A stretch of 63,938 bases of DNA, the filler included, from Octopus bimaculoides (lineage: Eukaryota): NCBI RefSeq assembly GCF_001194135.2. It is 7 parts of 7 records of this genome, joined end to end, with 100 filler letters (N's around TTAATTAATTAA, not from the genome) between each part and the next. Parts side by side here need not be neighbours in the genome. Positions count along the whole stretch, not along the records: positions 32,645 to 46,844 come from NC_068986.1; positions 46,945 to 52,387 come from NC_068982.1; 5 more parts are not named here. The stretch is one strand, 5' to 3'. Positions 36,216 through 50,129 of this stretch are shown in pieces (positions within the stretch are counted from its first letter, which is position 1; every line of letters begins with the position of its first letter). The position numbers were made by a program, and so were the translations under genes. The notes below the pieces were generated by a model that made no database searches, had not been told where the DNA came from, and worked only from the letters and a program-made list of their open reading frames with translations.

Positions 36216-36722
36216 TACATTTTAAAGATCATCCGAGAAAATATAATCAAAATTACGTACCAGAAATCAGGGTAGTTCCTGATACACGCACATATGACTA
36301 GGATTAAATATACAAGTAGAAGTACATTCACTGGACATTGCTCTTTTGTGATTGAGGATTTATAAGTCCGAAAACGGAAACTGTGACATAGCGATTGCAA
36401 TTTCAGCGCCCCATCCACTCGGCTTGCCGTCTTCACTAAAATATCAAGCGTAGAATTACTACCAACAAAATGACAAACATAATAGCACCAGCAACACCAA
36501 TAGAATATCCTTTGCTGTAATTAAAAGGATGCAGAGCTATTAAGGGAAATAACTCGTTTTAAATGCTTATTATATAGGGCATTCGTGCTTTAGTGGGCAT
36601 TTATATGTATTTATACAAACACACACGCGAGCAGGAACATACACAGACACACACACACAATCGCCCACCCAACACCTCGCCCCTTACATATATATATATA
36701 TATATATATATANNNNNNNNNN

Positions 36723-36753
<31 letters not shown>

Positions 36754-37446
36754 ATGTTTGTATATGCTTATAGATAAATAGATAGATAGATCGAACATTC
36801 AGACTATTTATGCCTATGCATATGTGAATGCATACATGAAATACATTTATAAATCAATATATCTAAACGCACATGAATTTGACATGTTTTATATATATCC
36901 AATATATATCGATATATATGTCTACATTTCCTGCTTCTTCTGTCTACATTCGCTATGGAAATACTAATATCTAAGCCCATTCGCATTGTCGGAAATTATA
37001 GATAAAATATATATTTATATAGCACTTTATTCTTAGACCTATTTCCATACACCGCAGGCAATCTGTTCTGCGTATAAACGGTGTTGCAATTTTTACCTAT
37101 ATTCTGTCATAAAATCGATAAGTCTTAAAATACGTCTTCATTTACTTCCCTCTCAACGATTAGTTGCTTGAATTTAGATATATTTTCTAAATAAAGCGTA
37201 GAAAACACTGGGACACAACGAGAAGTATGTCTCAAAATATTGTCGTTGGTAAAGTTTAATATGATGTAGTTTTGATATTATTTTGTTTTGGTCTTGTGCA
37301 TTTCCTTTAAATTCTTTCCGTCAATTTTTGCTTTAAATTTAGAACCACATTCAGTACAATAATATGAAAACAATTGTCTGTCATAAACTAAATGATATAT
37401 GTGTGTGTATGTGTGTGTGTGTGAGTATGTGTGTGTATGTGTGTGT

Positions 37447-37536
<90 letters not shown>

Positions 37537-38769
37537 TTCATGCAATTTATAATAATTAATTTGTGAAATAACATATAACCTACAGTTGTGCCTTTCCTTC
37601 ATGTATTACACGAAATATTGCAGTGATATCACTTAGAAATCCTAGAGAAATCATAGCGAAATATATGCGAACAGATTGAGGAATATATTTCTAGGTGTTT
37701 CATTTCTAAAAATCAAATATATAATGTTTTGATGCTGCATAACTCCATGATTGAAAAATAGGAAAATAGGAAAATAGGAAAATGGCTTTTCCCATTCACG
37801 TTGCTACTCAACATAAAATTAGACTAGAGATGAAATTTGTAGTTTTAAATTAAAAAAATGAATAAACAAAGGGAGGGCACCACTGCAAATCTCTTTACTT
37901 CACAACGTAAAATGTTGTTAAGAGATATTGATTGAAAAAGTGGCGCCACCTATAATAGTGAGCAACTAACAGTTTTCCAATATGTGTTGATGACATTTCG
38001 ATCATCGCGAAAATCTCAGATCAGCTCTCAGACCATAATGAAAAAAAAGTGATGTCTAAAGTTCAAGTCTGGCATCAAAATAAATCTTATGAAATCAAAA
38101 TATAGGAGCCCCCCGAAAAACAATCCAAGATAGAAACAGCTGGGAACTGGTGAAATTGAAAGAGTTACTTGGAACAAAAAGAAAATATATGCTCGGCCAT
38201 GAATAATTAAATCTCGTGCAGAATAAGATCAGTCTAGAAACTATTTGCTGTGATTACAAGTAGTTGCGGGCGTGGCTATGTGGTGAGAGGCTTACTTCCC
38301 AACTACATCGTTCAGGGTTCAGTTTACCACATCAAGAACCTCTTCGAACACTAACATTCATAGAAACCAAGAATGACTCTTTAAAACCATGGTTGTGTAT
38401 ATTCAAAATAGGGCAAAGGACGGACGCACAATTTGTGGTACTATTATCACATATATTCATTAGTTGAGGTCGTTTCAACAGCATATAATAGAAATTTATT
38501 CAGTTCGTAATGAAGAAATGAAACTTAGTTTTAAGGTAAATAGACGCGTATTTCTCACTTTCCGAGCGTTAAACTAATATATCTGTTTGTTGTTTACACA
38601 CACGTTTTCGTCTTTTTTTTTTAATGTAAATTCTCACTATTGTATAATGATCACTGCTATATATATATATATATCTTTAGCAACTTAAAAGTTTTCTCTT
38701 ACCAATATGGTGTTGAAACGGCTGTAACGAAAGAATGTATGTGATACCAACATTGCTAGCTGTTGCTTG

Positions 38770-38806
<37 letters not shown>

Positions 38807-39189
38807 CAAACACAAATATGTAACTATAAAAACTATCAAATACCTATGAAGAACACATAACCGACATTTTAAATATATTGAGAGGAAAGATACTTAGACT
38901 TTTGCGGACAGACAAAACCATTGTGGTAATTATTGCTCTAATTCTAAGCGTGTAAATGTATAGAGTCTGGGATGGAATTAAACATTACATTACTAACTAT
39001 GCAGACGAGTATTACAGCTGAAGAGGTCAGATGTACCCGCAAGGAACATATTTGAGCCGCGTTACTCTGTCTGCTAATGTAACTGTCTAATTCACTCTCT
39101 ATATTTCACAAACAGATGACGCTTATGCACACACACACACACATTCATATACACACACACACACATACATATATACCACGACGCAAAAT

Positions 39190-39230
39190 AATAATACTAA
39201 TACTACTTCTACTACTACTACTACTACTAC

Positions 39231-39281
<51 letters not shown>

Positions 39282-39500
39282 TAATAACAATAATAACAAT
39301 AATAATAGCAATATTAATAATAATAATAACAATAATAATAATGAGAAGAAGAAGAAGAAGAAGAAGAAGAAGAAGAAGAAGAAGAAGAAGAAGAAGAAGA
39401 AGAAGAAGAAGAACAAGAAGAAGAAGAAGAAGAACAAGAAGAAGAAGAAGAAGAACAAGAAGAAGAAGAAGAAGAAGAAGAAGAAGAAGAAGAAGAAGAA
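39190..39500. repeat. compound trinucleotide microsatellite (TAC)n(AAT)n(AAG)n
   Basis: Directly visible. It produces the poly-L/I/R pseudo-ORFs in the track. Confidence 0.95.
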
Positions 39501-39993
39501 TGATGGCTTCTGATCTTAACTGATTGGAAGTGCTATCGTGTACATTGTTTTGCCTTGGTATAAAATATGGGCTACAGCAAATATTCTGCATAATACCACA
39601 GATTTATCTGTCAGTTGCTTGACGACATGTGCATCTCTGATCACGAGTGGATATACTGGGGGAGCATCATAGCCATGTGTTGAGAGGATTTCCTTCGGAT
39701 TTTGGATAATTTACCTCTGGAAACGTGGGTGTTTTAAACAACATTCTCAAGCAACCCTTATACAGGGACCTGTTGAGATGGATGGGCCACTCAAGCTGAA
39801 AACATTTCTAACCAAGCTACACCTACAAGGTCATGCGCTGTTACTCTTGATATGAAATCACCATGTCACGCGCATACGGTTGTTATGCATGTATCTGGTG
39901 TACCCTTATCAGACGGGTAGTCATGATGGGTATACTGGGCTTCGTATATATTACCCCAATGTTACTTTGATGGCAAGCACTGCTCTCCCATTC
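39501..39993 (+). repeat. unclassified interspersed repeat family D, copy 1, embedded in trinucleotide repeats
   Basis: GATGGCTTCTGATCTTAACTGATTGGAAGTG..GGGCTACAGCAAATATTCTGC..GGAGCATCATAGCCATGTGTTGA. Its reverse complement lies at 40039-40413. The strand assignment is arbitrary. Confidence 0.75.
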
Positions 39994-40038
<45 letters not shown>

Positions 40039-40412
40039 TTAGAATTTTCTTCAGGTCGTGTAGCCCATCCCGCTTAAAGGGTCCATGAACAAGGTTTGTT
40101 TAAGGATGTTGAGCAAAACACCCATGTTTCAAAAGGCGAATTATTCAAACCCCAAATAATTCCTTTCAACACATGGCTATGATGCTCCCCCACTACTTCT
40201 GCTCATGATCAGAGATGCACATATCGTCAGCCACCAAGGGACATGCCCAACTGCGTAAGGTCAAACAACTGACAAGCAAATCTGTGGTATTAAGCAGAAT
40301 ATTTGTTGTAGCCCATCTTTTATTCCAAGACAAAACAATGTGCACGATAACAGTTCCAATTAATTAAGATCAAAAGCCATGAGAACTACTGCCTGGTACT
40401 GCATCCCGGCGT

Positions 40413-40413
<1 letters not shown>
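40039..40413 (-). repeat. family D copy 2, inverted relative to copy 1
   Basis: TCAACACATGGCTATGATGCTCC..GCAGAATATTTGTTGTAGCCC..TTAAGATCAAAAGCCAT is the reverse complement of the first ~330 bp of copy 1. Confidence 0.75.
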
Positions 40414-40462
<49 letters not shown>

Positions 40463-40924
40463 TATAATTATTATTATTTATAATTATCATTTAATTAATT
40501 GTTTTTAATACATGAAACATTTTAAAAGAAGTAAACTTATGCAATTTTTATTTGCACGTATGTACATCAATCATGAGACAGCGAAAATAATTGTGCTGGT
40601 AGTGTTTGTCTGTGAATATGCAATTCATATCCATATGTGTGTTGTATCCTTCTGACTGTATAATCACCCACGCACACACGCGCGCACACACACTCACATC
40701 GGTTACTTATTTTACTCACTTCACTGCGACCATACTGGATCACCGACTTGAATTTTGTTTATATAATTGAAGAAAATGACACGGAATTATTCTTTGTAAG
40801 TCGAGTTTTTAGTACATCGTAAAATTTTTTGACAAACTACTGAGTAACAAGGACGTATACATACCAACATCGGTAGTCAAGTGACGTTTGGAGTACAAAC
40901 ACACACACGCACGCAAGCACGCAC

Positions 40925-40962
<38 letters not shown>

Positions 40963-43708
40963 CTGTGTGTATATATATATATATATATATATACATACAG
41001 ATATATATATATANNNNNNNNNNNNNNNNNNNNNNNNNNNNNNNNNNNNNNNNNNNNNNNNNNNNNNNNNNNNNNNNNNNNNNNNNNNNNNNNNNNNNNN
41101 NNNNNNNNNNNNNNNNNNNNNNNNNNNNNNNNNNNNNNNNNNNNNNNNNNNNNNNNNNNNNNNNNNNNNNNNNNNNNNNNNNNNNNNNNNNNNNNNNNNN
41201 NNNNNNNNNNNNNNNNNNNNNNNNNNNNNNNNNNNNNNNNNNNNNNNNNNNNNNNNNNNNNNNNNNNNNNNNNNNNNNNNNNNNNNNNCACACACACACA
41301 CTCACACATATATATACATTCATATAAATACATACATACATACATATATACATACATAAATACATACATATATGCATACATAAATAAATACATACATACA
41401 TACATACATACATACATACGTACATATATAATTATGTTGGAAGAAAAAAAAATTACTTTCTATAATATTATATAATACATTTGTTATGATGAATCTGATT
41501 TATTCATTAGCCTTGTAAAACAAATCTTGTGTTTTCATTTCTTCTCTTTCTTTGTATAATATATATATATATATATATATGTGGGTGTGGGTGTGGGTGT
41601 GGGTGTGGGTGTATGTGTGTGTGTGTGTGTGCCTGTGCGTGTGTGTCTGTGTGAAACAAAAACGCAATAGAGAACATGAAAACACTCGGATAGATACACT
41701 ATACAAAGGTGGACAAGAGAAACAAGAATTAGAACAGGCAAAGAAAGACGGGTAATTCGTAGGTTTCTTTCCTCAGTCAAGTTCCATAAGTCACGACCAT
41801 TTCTGGCAGTTACACTTGAGATGTTTCGATCTAGTTGCCCCCTTTCGCCAAAGTCTAAGCTAAGATCATTAGACCTCTTTGAAAGAAAGCTAGCGAATGC
41901 GTACAGCAACGAAGACAATCAAACAAACAAAACACAAAAATGGAGAACATGGAACACAATTACGAATACAAACAACATGACAACAGGTGTCTTTCGACTG
42001 AGAACGAAGCAAATTCATATATATATCTATCTATCTATATATGTGTGTGTGTGTGTGTGTGTTAATGTGTGTACATACATAAATTTATATTTATATGCTT
42101 GTGTGAGCATGGCGGCGTATGCAAATGAACAGTTAAGTGCATCGACTTTTATATGACAGTGACTTAGAACCTTTGGTTTGCATCCTTTTTCTTTACTTTC
42201 ACTTTCAAACAAGCATTTGTTTTAATTTTAAAAGCCATTTATATTTATCTTGACACAAGTATGCACATATGTGTGCATATTGTTCGTACGAAAAAATACA
42301 CAATACAAGAATTAAAATAGTATCTGTTAAATGAATGCCCTGGACTATATTTGGGGTTCAGATTCTATATTTAACCACTATTTCTGCTTGCATTACATAG
42401 ACACCAGAGACACTGGCACACTCGTCGAAATAGATGTATATCCATGCAAGTAACCAAATACATATCTATGCATATTGATATGCATACACAAGGTAATATA
42501 TATCTATCTATATATATATATATATNNNNNNNNNNNNNNNNNNNNNNNNNNNNNNNNNNNNNNNNNNNNNNNNNNNNNNNNNNNNNNNNNNNNNNNNNNN
42601 NNNNNNNNNNNNNNNNNNNNNNNNNNNNNNNNNNNNNNNNNNNNNNNNNNNNNNNNNNNNNNNNNNNNNNNNNNNNNNNNNNNNNNNNNNNNNNNNNNNN
42701 NNNNNNNNNNNNNNNNNNNNNNNNNNNNNNNNNNNNNNNNNNNNNNNNNNNNNNNNNNNNNNNNNNNNNNNNNNNNNNNNNNNNNNNNNNNNNNNNNNNN
42801 NNNNNNNNNNNNNNNNNNNNNNNNNNNNNNNNNNNNNNNNNNNNNNNNNNNNNNNNNNNNNNNNNNNNNNNNNNNNNNNNNNNNNNNNNNNNNNNNNNNN
42901 NNNNNNNNNNNNNNNNNNNNNNNNNNNNNNNNNNNNNNNNNNNNNNNNNNNNNNNNNNNNNNNNNNNNNNNNNNNNNNNNNNNNNNNNNNNNNNNNNNNN
43001 NNNNNNNNNNNNNNNNNNNNNNNNNNNNNNNNNNNNNNNNNNNNNNNNNNNNNNNNNNNNNNNNNNNNNNNNNNNNNNNNNNNGTGTGCGTGGATGTGTG
43101 TGTGTGCGTGGATGTGTGTGTGTGGCTGTGTGTGTGGGTGGGGGGTATTTATATGTATATACACGCATAATTACAGATATATAGATATAAATATATAGAT
43201 AGATGTACTTATACTTACTGACATATATATGTTGTCATATATTCAAAGAAAGAATTAATTATGCGATTCCCGAGGGCGTAGAAAAGAAGCAGATTTTCTC
43301 AACATTGACATATAAAACTGTGTTGGCATATTAATTTATTTCACTTGGCGTTATTCTGACTTGATCTCTTATGAAAGGCCATCCTCGAATGATTATAGTT
43401 TAATAGGTCTCATCCATATATACTTTTTTTCTATTCCTGCTTCTTTTTATTTCTGCTTTCCTAATTTATTTCTTCCTATGTATTTTTTGAAGCATTTATC
43501 ACAAATCTAACGAACGTACGATTAACATTTTGATAGCTATTCAAGCGATTATATTGCTTATATGAACAAGATCATCATATGATATACATGCAGCAGTGAA
43601 CATTTGGAAATACACATATATATATGTTAATTTCTATGTATTTATGTATATATTATATCATATAATGTATGTGTATATATATATAAGTATATATAGAGAG
43701 AAATTACC

Positions 43709-43740
<32 letters not shown>

Positions 43741-44202
43741 NNNNNNNNNNNNNNNNNNNNNNNNNNNNNNNNNNNNNNNNNNNNNNNNNNNNNNNNNNNN
43801 NNNNNNNNNNNNNNNNNNNNNNNNNNNNNNNNNNNNNNNNNNNNNNNNNNNNNNNNNNNNNNNNNNNNNNNNNNNNNNNNNNNNNNNNNNNNNNNNNNNN
43901 NNNNNNNNNNNNNNNNNNNNNNNNNNNNNNNNNNNNNNNNNNNNNNNNNNNNNNNNNNNNNNNNNNNNNNNNNNNNNNNNNNNNNNNNNNNNNNNNNNNN
44001 NNNNNNNNNNNNNNNNNNNNNNNNNNNNNNNNNNNNNNNNNNNNNNNNNNNNNNNNNNNNNNNNNNNNNNNNNNNNNNNNNNNNNNNNNNNNNNNNNNNN
44101 NNNNNNNNNNNNNNNNNNNNNNNNNNNNNNNNNNNNNNNNNNNNNNNNNNNNNNNNNNNNNNNNNNNNNNNNNNNNNNNNNNNNNNNNNNNNNNNNNNNN
44201 NN

Positions 44203-44273
<71 letters not shown>

Positions 44274-44919
44274 TTACTCAAAGAAATTCCAAATTTGTCT
44301 GATTTTCACGTTTTATCTACGATCTTATAATAAAATAATATATGATAATAGAATAAAATGATAGAATATTAAATGTCCATTCTGATTGAAGTAAAGTAGT
44401 CTTTACACTATGCAATGTGCATGTTCATATAGTTGAGGTGACAGTTATATTTTGCTAAAATATAGAGATGTGTGCCTTAAATACATTTGTAATATCTCAA
44501 GGATGTTAAATTGTGAAAACTGCATTATGACCCGTCAGTGTATGGCTTTACTAAATTAAGTTGATTGTTATTTGGCCGAGGCGTCACGGTTATTTAAATA
44601 TATCGAGGGACCTGTATTTTCACACTGATCAAAGCAGTAATTGTTTTGTTATATTTAGTAATGTTGTAAGCAAGATTTCCCAAGAATTTTACGTTTCCAT
44701 TATAATCGTCAGCATTACCATCACCTTCATTAATGTTCTTCTTGGAGTACTCCTTTTTCTTGCTATCGTCACCATGAGAATATTTATTAATGTTGTTCTT
44801 GTTCTTAGTGGTAGTGGTCGTAGCAGTAGCAATAGTACCTCTAAGTATTAATGTTATTGTTTATTGCTCTTGGGTTGGAATTTATTAATAAAGTTATTTT
44901 CTGTGATTTTTCTCTCCAT

Positions 44920-45730
44920 TTCACTTGGCTTTGCAGTATAGAATGTTGCCTTTTGTATGTGGTGGATGGCACGACTTCAAATTCAGCCATTATTGTGTGT
45001 CTGTGCGTTTAAATTATATACCTGTGGAAATAGTGGTGTCCTCTTTAATTACCATTATATCTAGGAATGGTAACTTGATACCACTTATCTCTTTTGCAAA
45101 ATGGAGAGATGGGTGTACGTTCTTCACAAGGTTATTGAAGTCTTCCAGATTATTTAGAGATCCTGTCCAGATTATGAAGCAATCGTCAATGTATCTCTTC
45201 CAAGCCTTTTCAATATACTTTCTAAAGTGCTATAGATTTCCACCACTTCTTCTAATTATCCCATTGCAGAGTTCACGTAAACGAAAGCAAACTCGTTCCC
45301 ATCGCCGTGCCTTTAATTTGGATGTAATTCTTTCCATTGACGAAGGATGTGTTGTTTTCCAGAACAACAAGTCTGACTGTGTGTAATATAAATGGCACTG
45401 TGAATCTGTTGTAAATTAATTCTCTGTGTTTTTCTACCCAGGATTTAATCGCTTTTATTTCTAAATCATGTTGAATATTCATGTAAATGCTTACCGCATC
45501 AAAACTAAGTAGAAATGAATTCATTTCAGTTGGTTTGGGAAGATTGAACAGGAAGTCAATGTCATCCCGATGAAGCTGGTTATGTAGGTACATAGTGGTT
45601 TTAAAAAATTGCTTAGACGGTCGGTAGGGCATGCTGGAACAGCTATAATAGGTCTGAGTTTTAAGCCTTTTGGACGCTGAAATCGTATGTACTCACTTTC
45701 TTGTTCATTTACTGCATGCTGAATATCTTT
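44920..45730 (-). mobile_element. Penelope-like reverse transcriptase relic
   Basis: LKLRPIIAVPACPTDRLSNFLK, LLSFDAVSIYMNIQH, LENNTSFVNGKNYIQIKGTAMGT and WLNLKSCHPPHTKGNI are PLE-type RT motifs (RPII, D..SLY.NI, Q..GTAMG, S.HP.H.K), with stops. Confidence 0.85.
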
Positions 45731-46807
45731 TGAATTATGTACATATATATATATATATATATATATGCACGTATGTGTACACATACACACGCACATGTAT
45801 GTGCGTAACCGCGTGTAGTCAACTCTCACTCCACACGTGCGTATGTCTCATTGTGTGTACTGGACTTTTGTCTTCGATAATAATATAAATTTAAGATACA
45901 TGTTACCATCTGTTACCCAGAGTAAAGTGTGAAATTTTAGGTGCAGTTTCCCTGAATTCAAATTTATCTTCTTTAAATTGTTTTTGTCTCTCCGGCAATG
46001 AAGTATTTAACTTCTCAATATGCTTGCTTCTTATGCTGCATCTTCATGTTTGAACACATATACATATGCATATACATATATACTCACACACATACTCACA
46101 CAAACGCACACACGCACAGGCACACACATACACACTTGCACACACACATATGTATATATAAATATACATTAACATAAGTCAATATGCATTTATGCATTTA
46201 CATATCAACGTATAGATATGTATGTATATACAAAATATAAATACCTTCACATACACATCTACCTCGCTTTATATAGATGTATGTGTGTATGTGTGTACAA
46301 AAGTGTATCTGCAATGTATGCATAAAATATAGCATAAAAACTAAGAGACTTAGAATTATTTTCATATACACATAATGCCAGTAAGGCAGATGCGCCAAAA
46401 AAATGTTCCTAAAGAAATCATTCTATAAACGGTTTAGTTTTGACTCTGTTATTCCACCTATTTTATTTTGGATAAATATCAATAATCTATTTCTATTTCT
46501 AATGTTTTCTACGTATTATTTATTTATTGTTTCAATATTCGTTCTAGCTATATATATGCGTGAATGTTGCCCTATGTAGACGTGAATGTGTGTTCGAACA
46601 TAAAGTGTTTTGACTTTTTCATTGTTTCATATACATTTATAATGAATGCAAAGTTTACATTATATTCAATCATTCACTCTGAATATCTTCGTCTAACACT
46701 ACACTATATCTGTCCTCTTTCTATGCCATTCATTCTATATACACGCATACATGCAATGACCGAGAAACACACATATACAGGTATATATATAAATGTGTAT
46801 ATATGTA

Positions 46808-46844
<37 letters not shown>

Positions 46845-47110
46845 NNNNNNNNNNNNNNNNNNNNNNNNNNNNNNNNNNNNNNNNNNNNTTAATTAATTAA
46901 NNNNNNNNNNNNNNNNNNNNNNNNNNNNNNNNNNNNNNNNNNNNATATATATATATAAACGTTTCTCCCTTTATCTGTTTAGCTATCATCCTTTTTATCT
47001 GTATATCAATCAATCTGTTTATTGATCTATTTGCTGCCTTTGCTTTGGGTTTCTATCTGTCAGGTATCCTATATATGTTTTTATCTATTACCTATTTATC
47101 TCTCTCACTC

Positions 47111-47170
<60 letters not shown>

Positions 47171-47418
47171 CCCTTCTCTCTGGATGTGTGTGCGTTTGTG
47201 TGTGTAACATGCAGCTCTCTATATTTCATTTTTTTTCTCACGCTTTTCCACACCTGCCTACTCCACTTTTTACGTTGCTTTAGGATTTCTCTTCCATTCA
47301 TTTTTCAAATTCATTTCGCTTATCTTTCTGTTATCTTTGTATTTCTCCTCCTTCGTAATCCTTTCCATTTCTCACACCAGTCTTTCTTTATACACTCACA
47401 CACACACATACACACACG

Positions 47419-47547
<129 letters not shown>

Positions 47548-47830
47548 AATACTATCTGGGCAATAATCTGATACCGTGTTTCCAAAGCTCCTCTACGGGC
47601 GTCGGCTACCAAATGCTATAAAACAGTAGGCTTTCCCCACTGGATGTTCATGTGGAAATCTGTGAATATCCGTACAGTGTATACAAAAGAACTGTAATAC
47701 GAGAAAATGGAATGAAAAAGTTTTATTCCAAAACACTAAAAATATTTTGGCGTTTAAGTATCGGCCACGGTCATCTTTAGTTTTAAAGAGAAATTAAAGA
47801 TGATCTGGCAGTATTCTGGAACCTACTCAC

Positions 47831-47899
47831 CTGAAGACGTGCAGGTACGCATCTTTTGTTGCAATAATGTGCATATGTGTAGAATTCAGCAATTATCAG
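47831..47899 (-). CDS. weak candidate exon (69 nt)
   Basis: Perfect donor CAG|GTGAGT on the minus strand and an open frame LIIAEFYTYAHYCNKRCVPARLQ, but the acceptor (AGTAGCAG) is poor. Confidence 0.2.
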
Positions 47900-47972
47900 C
47901 TGCTACTGATGCACCGAAGTAACTGTAATGATGTGGAATAAAGCACGTTCATTCTATCTTCTCGCATTAAAA

Positions 47973-48044
<72 letters not shown>

Positions 48045-48054
48045 TATATTAAAT

Positions 48055-48092
<38 letters not shown>

Positions 48093-48343
48093 GGGTGTGT
48101 GTGTGTGCGTGTGTGTCTTCTATATTTACTCATTTAAACTCTTCCTCTGAAGAAGCAGCTGGTTTTTAACAACGATACCAAACTCCATTTTTGGAATGTA
48201 GACAACGGAAACGATGTCACATTTTAAACCTGAGAAAAGGCTTGTAAAATTTTACTGTCCCACTTCCAGATTGTATTTGTAATGTACGAATCACTTGGTT
48301 GATTTCTTTTTCTGAAAACCCAAGCTTATCCAAACTGACAGGC

Positions 48344-48374
<31 letters not shown>

Positions 48375-48895
48375 TGTATGTATGCACTCAACATGGCTAC
48401 ATGGAAGCTGAGAGTTTATATAGAAGCTCGTCGTATATACATATGTACTTGCGCCTTCGTTCGTGTCTGGAGTCATATTTAGACCTATCTAAAAATCGAT
48501 GTTCTATATATTATATCCCTTTAATTTTTGAACCCTAAAGATCGCTAAAATAAGTAACTAAATGAAACAAGTACTTTGAACTATTTATACTCTAATTACA
48601 CATGTGAAGAGTGGGCCCCTACATGATTTGCTGTTCATTGCCTATCTAGAAGAAAACGCATAAGAATTCGTGTATATATATATATATAATTAGAGGGTAT
48701 ATTGACATCTTGAAGGGATTGTCGCATCTAAGGAAATACTGGTTCAATACCTGGTATTTGGAAAGGGGGGGATGAAATTCCCTTAAAACAATAGGTGTAT
48801 ATTAAGCATATAGTTTGTATCCATTTAAAAGAAGAAAAGAAAATGGAGATAAGGTAGTTAATAATTGTTTATTATTAACAAAATGGTCATCTTCG

Positions 48896-48993
48896 CTTCT
48901 TACAGCCGTTTCAATTAATATTAAATAGTTTAATTATAAAATTGTACATTAGATTTACATTTACGTGACATGAATATAATTTCATCAGAGAAA
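48896..48993 (-). ncRNA. type I hammerhead motif, intact core
   Basis: Minus strand reads TTTCT-CTGATGA-AATTATA..(54 nt)..TATTAATT-GAAA-C GGCT G-TA-AGAAG. Confidence 0.7.
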
Positions 48994-49055
48994 AAAGGAA
49001 GACACACCTTTGTATGTTATATGTGAAACTATCAATTCATTTCAGCACACTTTTT

Positions 49056-49141
49056 TTTCTCTGATGAAATTATACTTATGTCTCATAAATGTTTATTTCA
49101 TGTACAAATTATTGAGTATTAATTGAAACGGCTGTAAGAAG
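49056..49141 (+). ncRNA. type I hammerhead motif, intact core
   Basis: TTTCT-CTGATGA(49061-49067)-AATTATAC..(40 nt)..GTATTAATT-GAAA(49125-49128)-C GGCT G-TA-AGAAG. Predicted cut after 49136. Confidence 0.75.
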
Positions 49142-50129
49142 CGAAGATGACCATTAAATAACTAACAATTATCAAGGAATTGGATGGGGTGGAGTGGGAA
49201 GGTAGAGTAGGAGTGTGTTGGGGTGTGGTGGGATGAGCTTATGAGGGGGTGTTGACGATGAAGGGGGAAGGGGAAGGTGGATGTAAGAGAAGGGGAAGAT
49301 GGGTATGGGAGGGGAGAGAAAGAGAGGAAGAGAGGAGAGAGGGTGGGTATANNNNNNNNNNGGAGAAAGAGGGGGAAGGTGGGTATGGGGGGAAGGTGGG
49401 TATGTATATGTATGTAGGTATATGTATGTATATATGTGTTTGTATGTATATATATGTATGCATGTGTATATATGTTTGTATGTATGTATGTATATATGTA
49501 TGTATGTATATTGGCATTCGTCGTGACAAGACGTACTTTTTATAGCTCCGGCTAGTTAGTAGCTAAAGAAACAGATTTCAACTGAAACCAACAGTAACTT
49601 TCCATGTTTTTAGTCCCCAGAACCCTTGAATTCTATTACTCTACTGTTTTACTATCGTCCGAGGATAAATTTACAGAAATGTATATACAACCTGGAGAAA
49701 CAAATATAAACCAAAACTAAACCCAAGATTAGTTCTAAAACTAGAAGACCAGTGAGTTATTTTATCGTAATTTGTATTAATCACACCGCTCATTCTGATT
49801 TGTACTAAATACACCCAGATATAGCTACGCATTTCCGAATATATCGACACAAACTTTTCAACATTCACGATTATACATCAAATCATCAATAACTGACGTA
49901 CAGTGTAGTGTACAATACTGTTCTATTCGCTGAATATGGCCAATAATATTCTAAAACACCACTGGGTAGAGAACGAAATCAGTGCACTGATAAACGCTTG
50001 GTACACTCACCATAATGATAGTGTACAAGCTAATGTCTATGATAAAATTACCATAGCGTCACAGTCTTTTTACAGATCGAAAACAAAATAAAAGAAATCA
50101 CAAGATCATTTCATACTTTACACACGCAC

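Larger units (their letters stand above)
48882..49155. mobile_element. inverted-repeat element carrying two outward-pointing hammerheads (likely inverted PLE pLTR pair)
   Basis: 48882-48920 is a perfect 39-bp reverse complement of 49117-49155. 48967-48996 matches 49053-49082 at 28/30, and the sequences between these blocks are more diverged. Confidence 0.85.

Noticed and set aside
38712-38732. GAAACGGCTGTA matching the 48.9-kb family
   Set aside because: Only the 3' half survives and no core is found upstream, so it is not counted as an HHR.
39001-39074. CTGAAGA with long flanking stems
   Set aside because: The GAAA box is absent and stem I is offset from the core. At most a dead relic.
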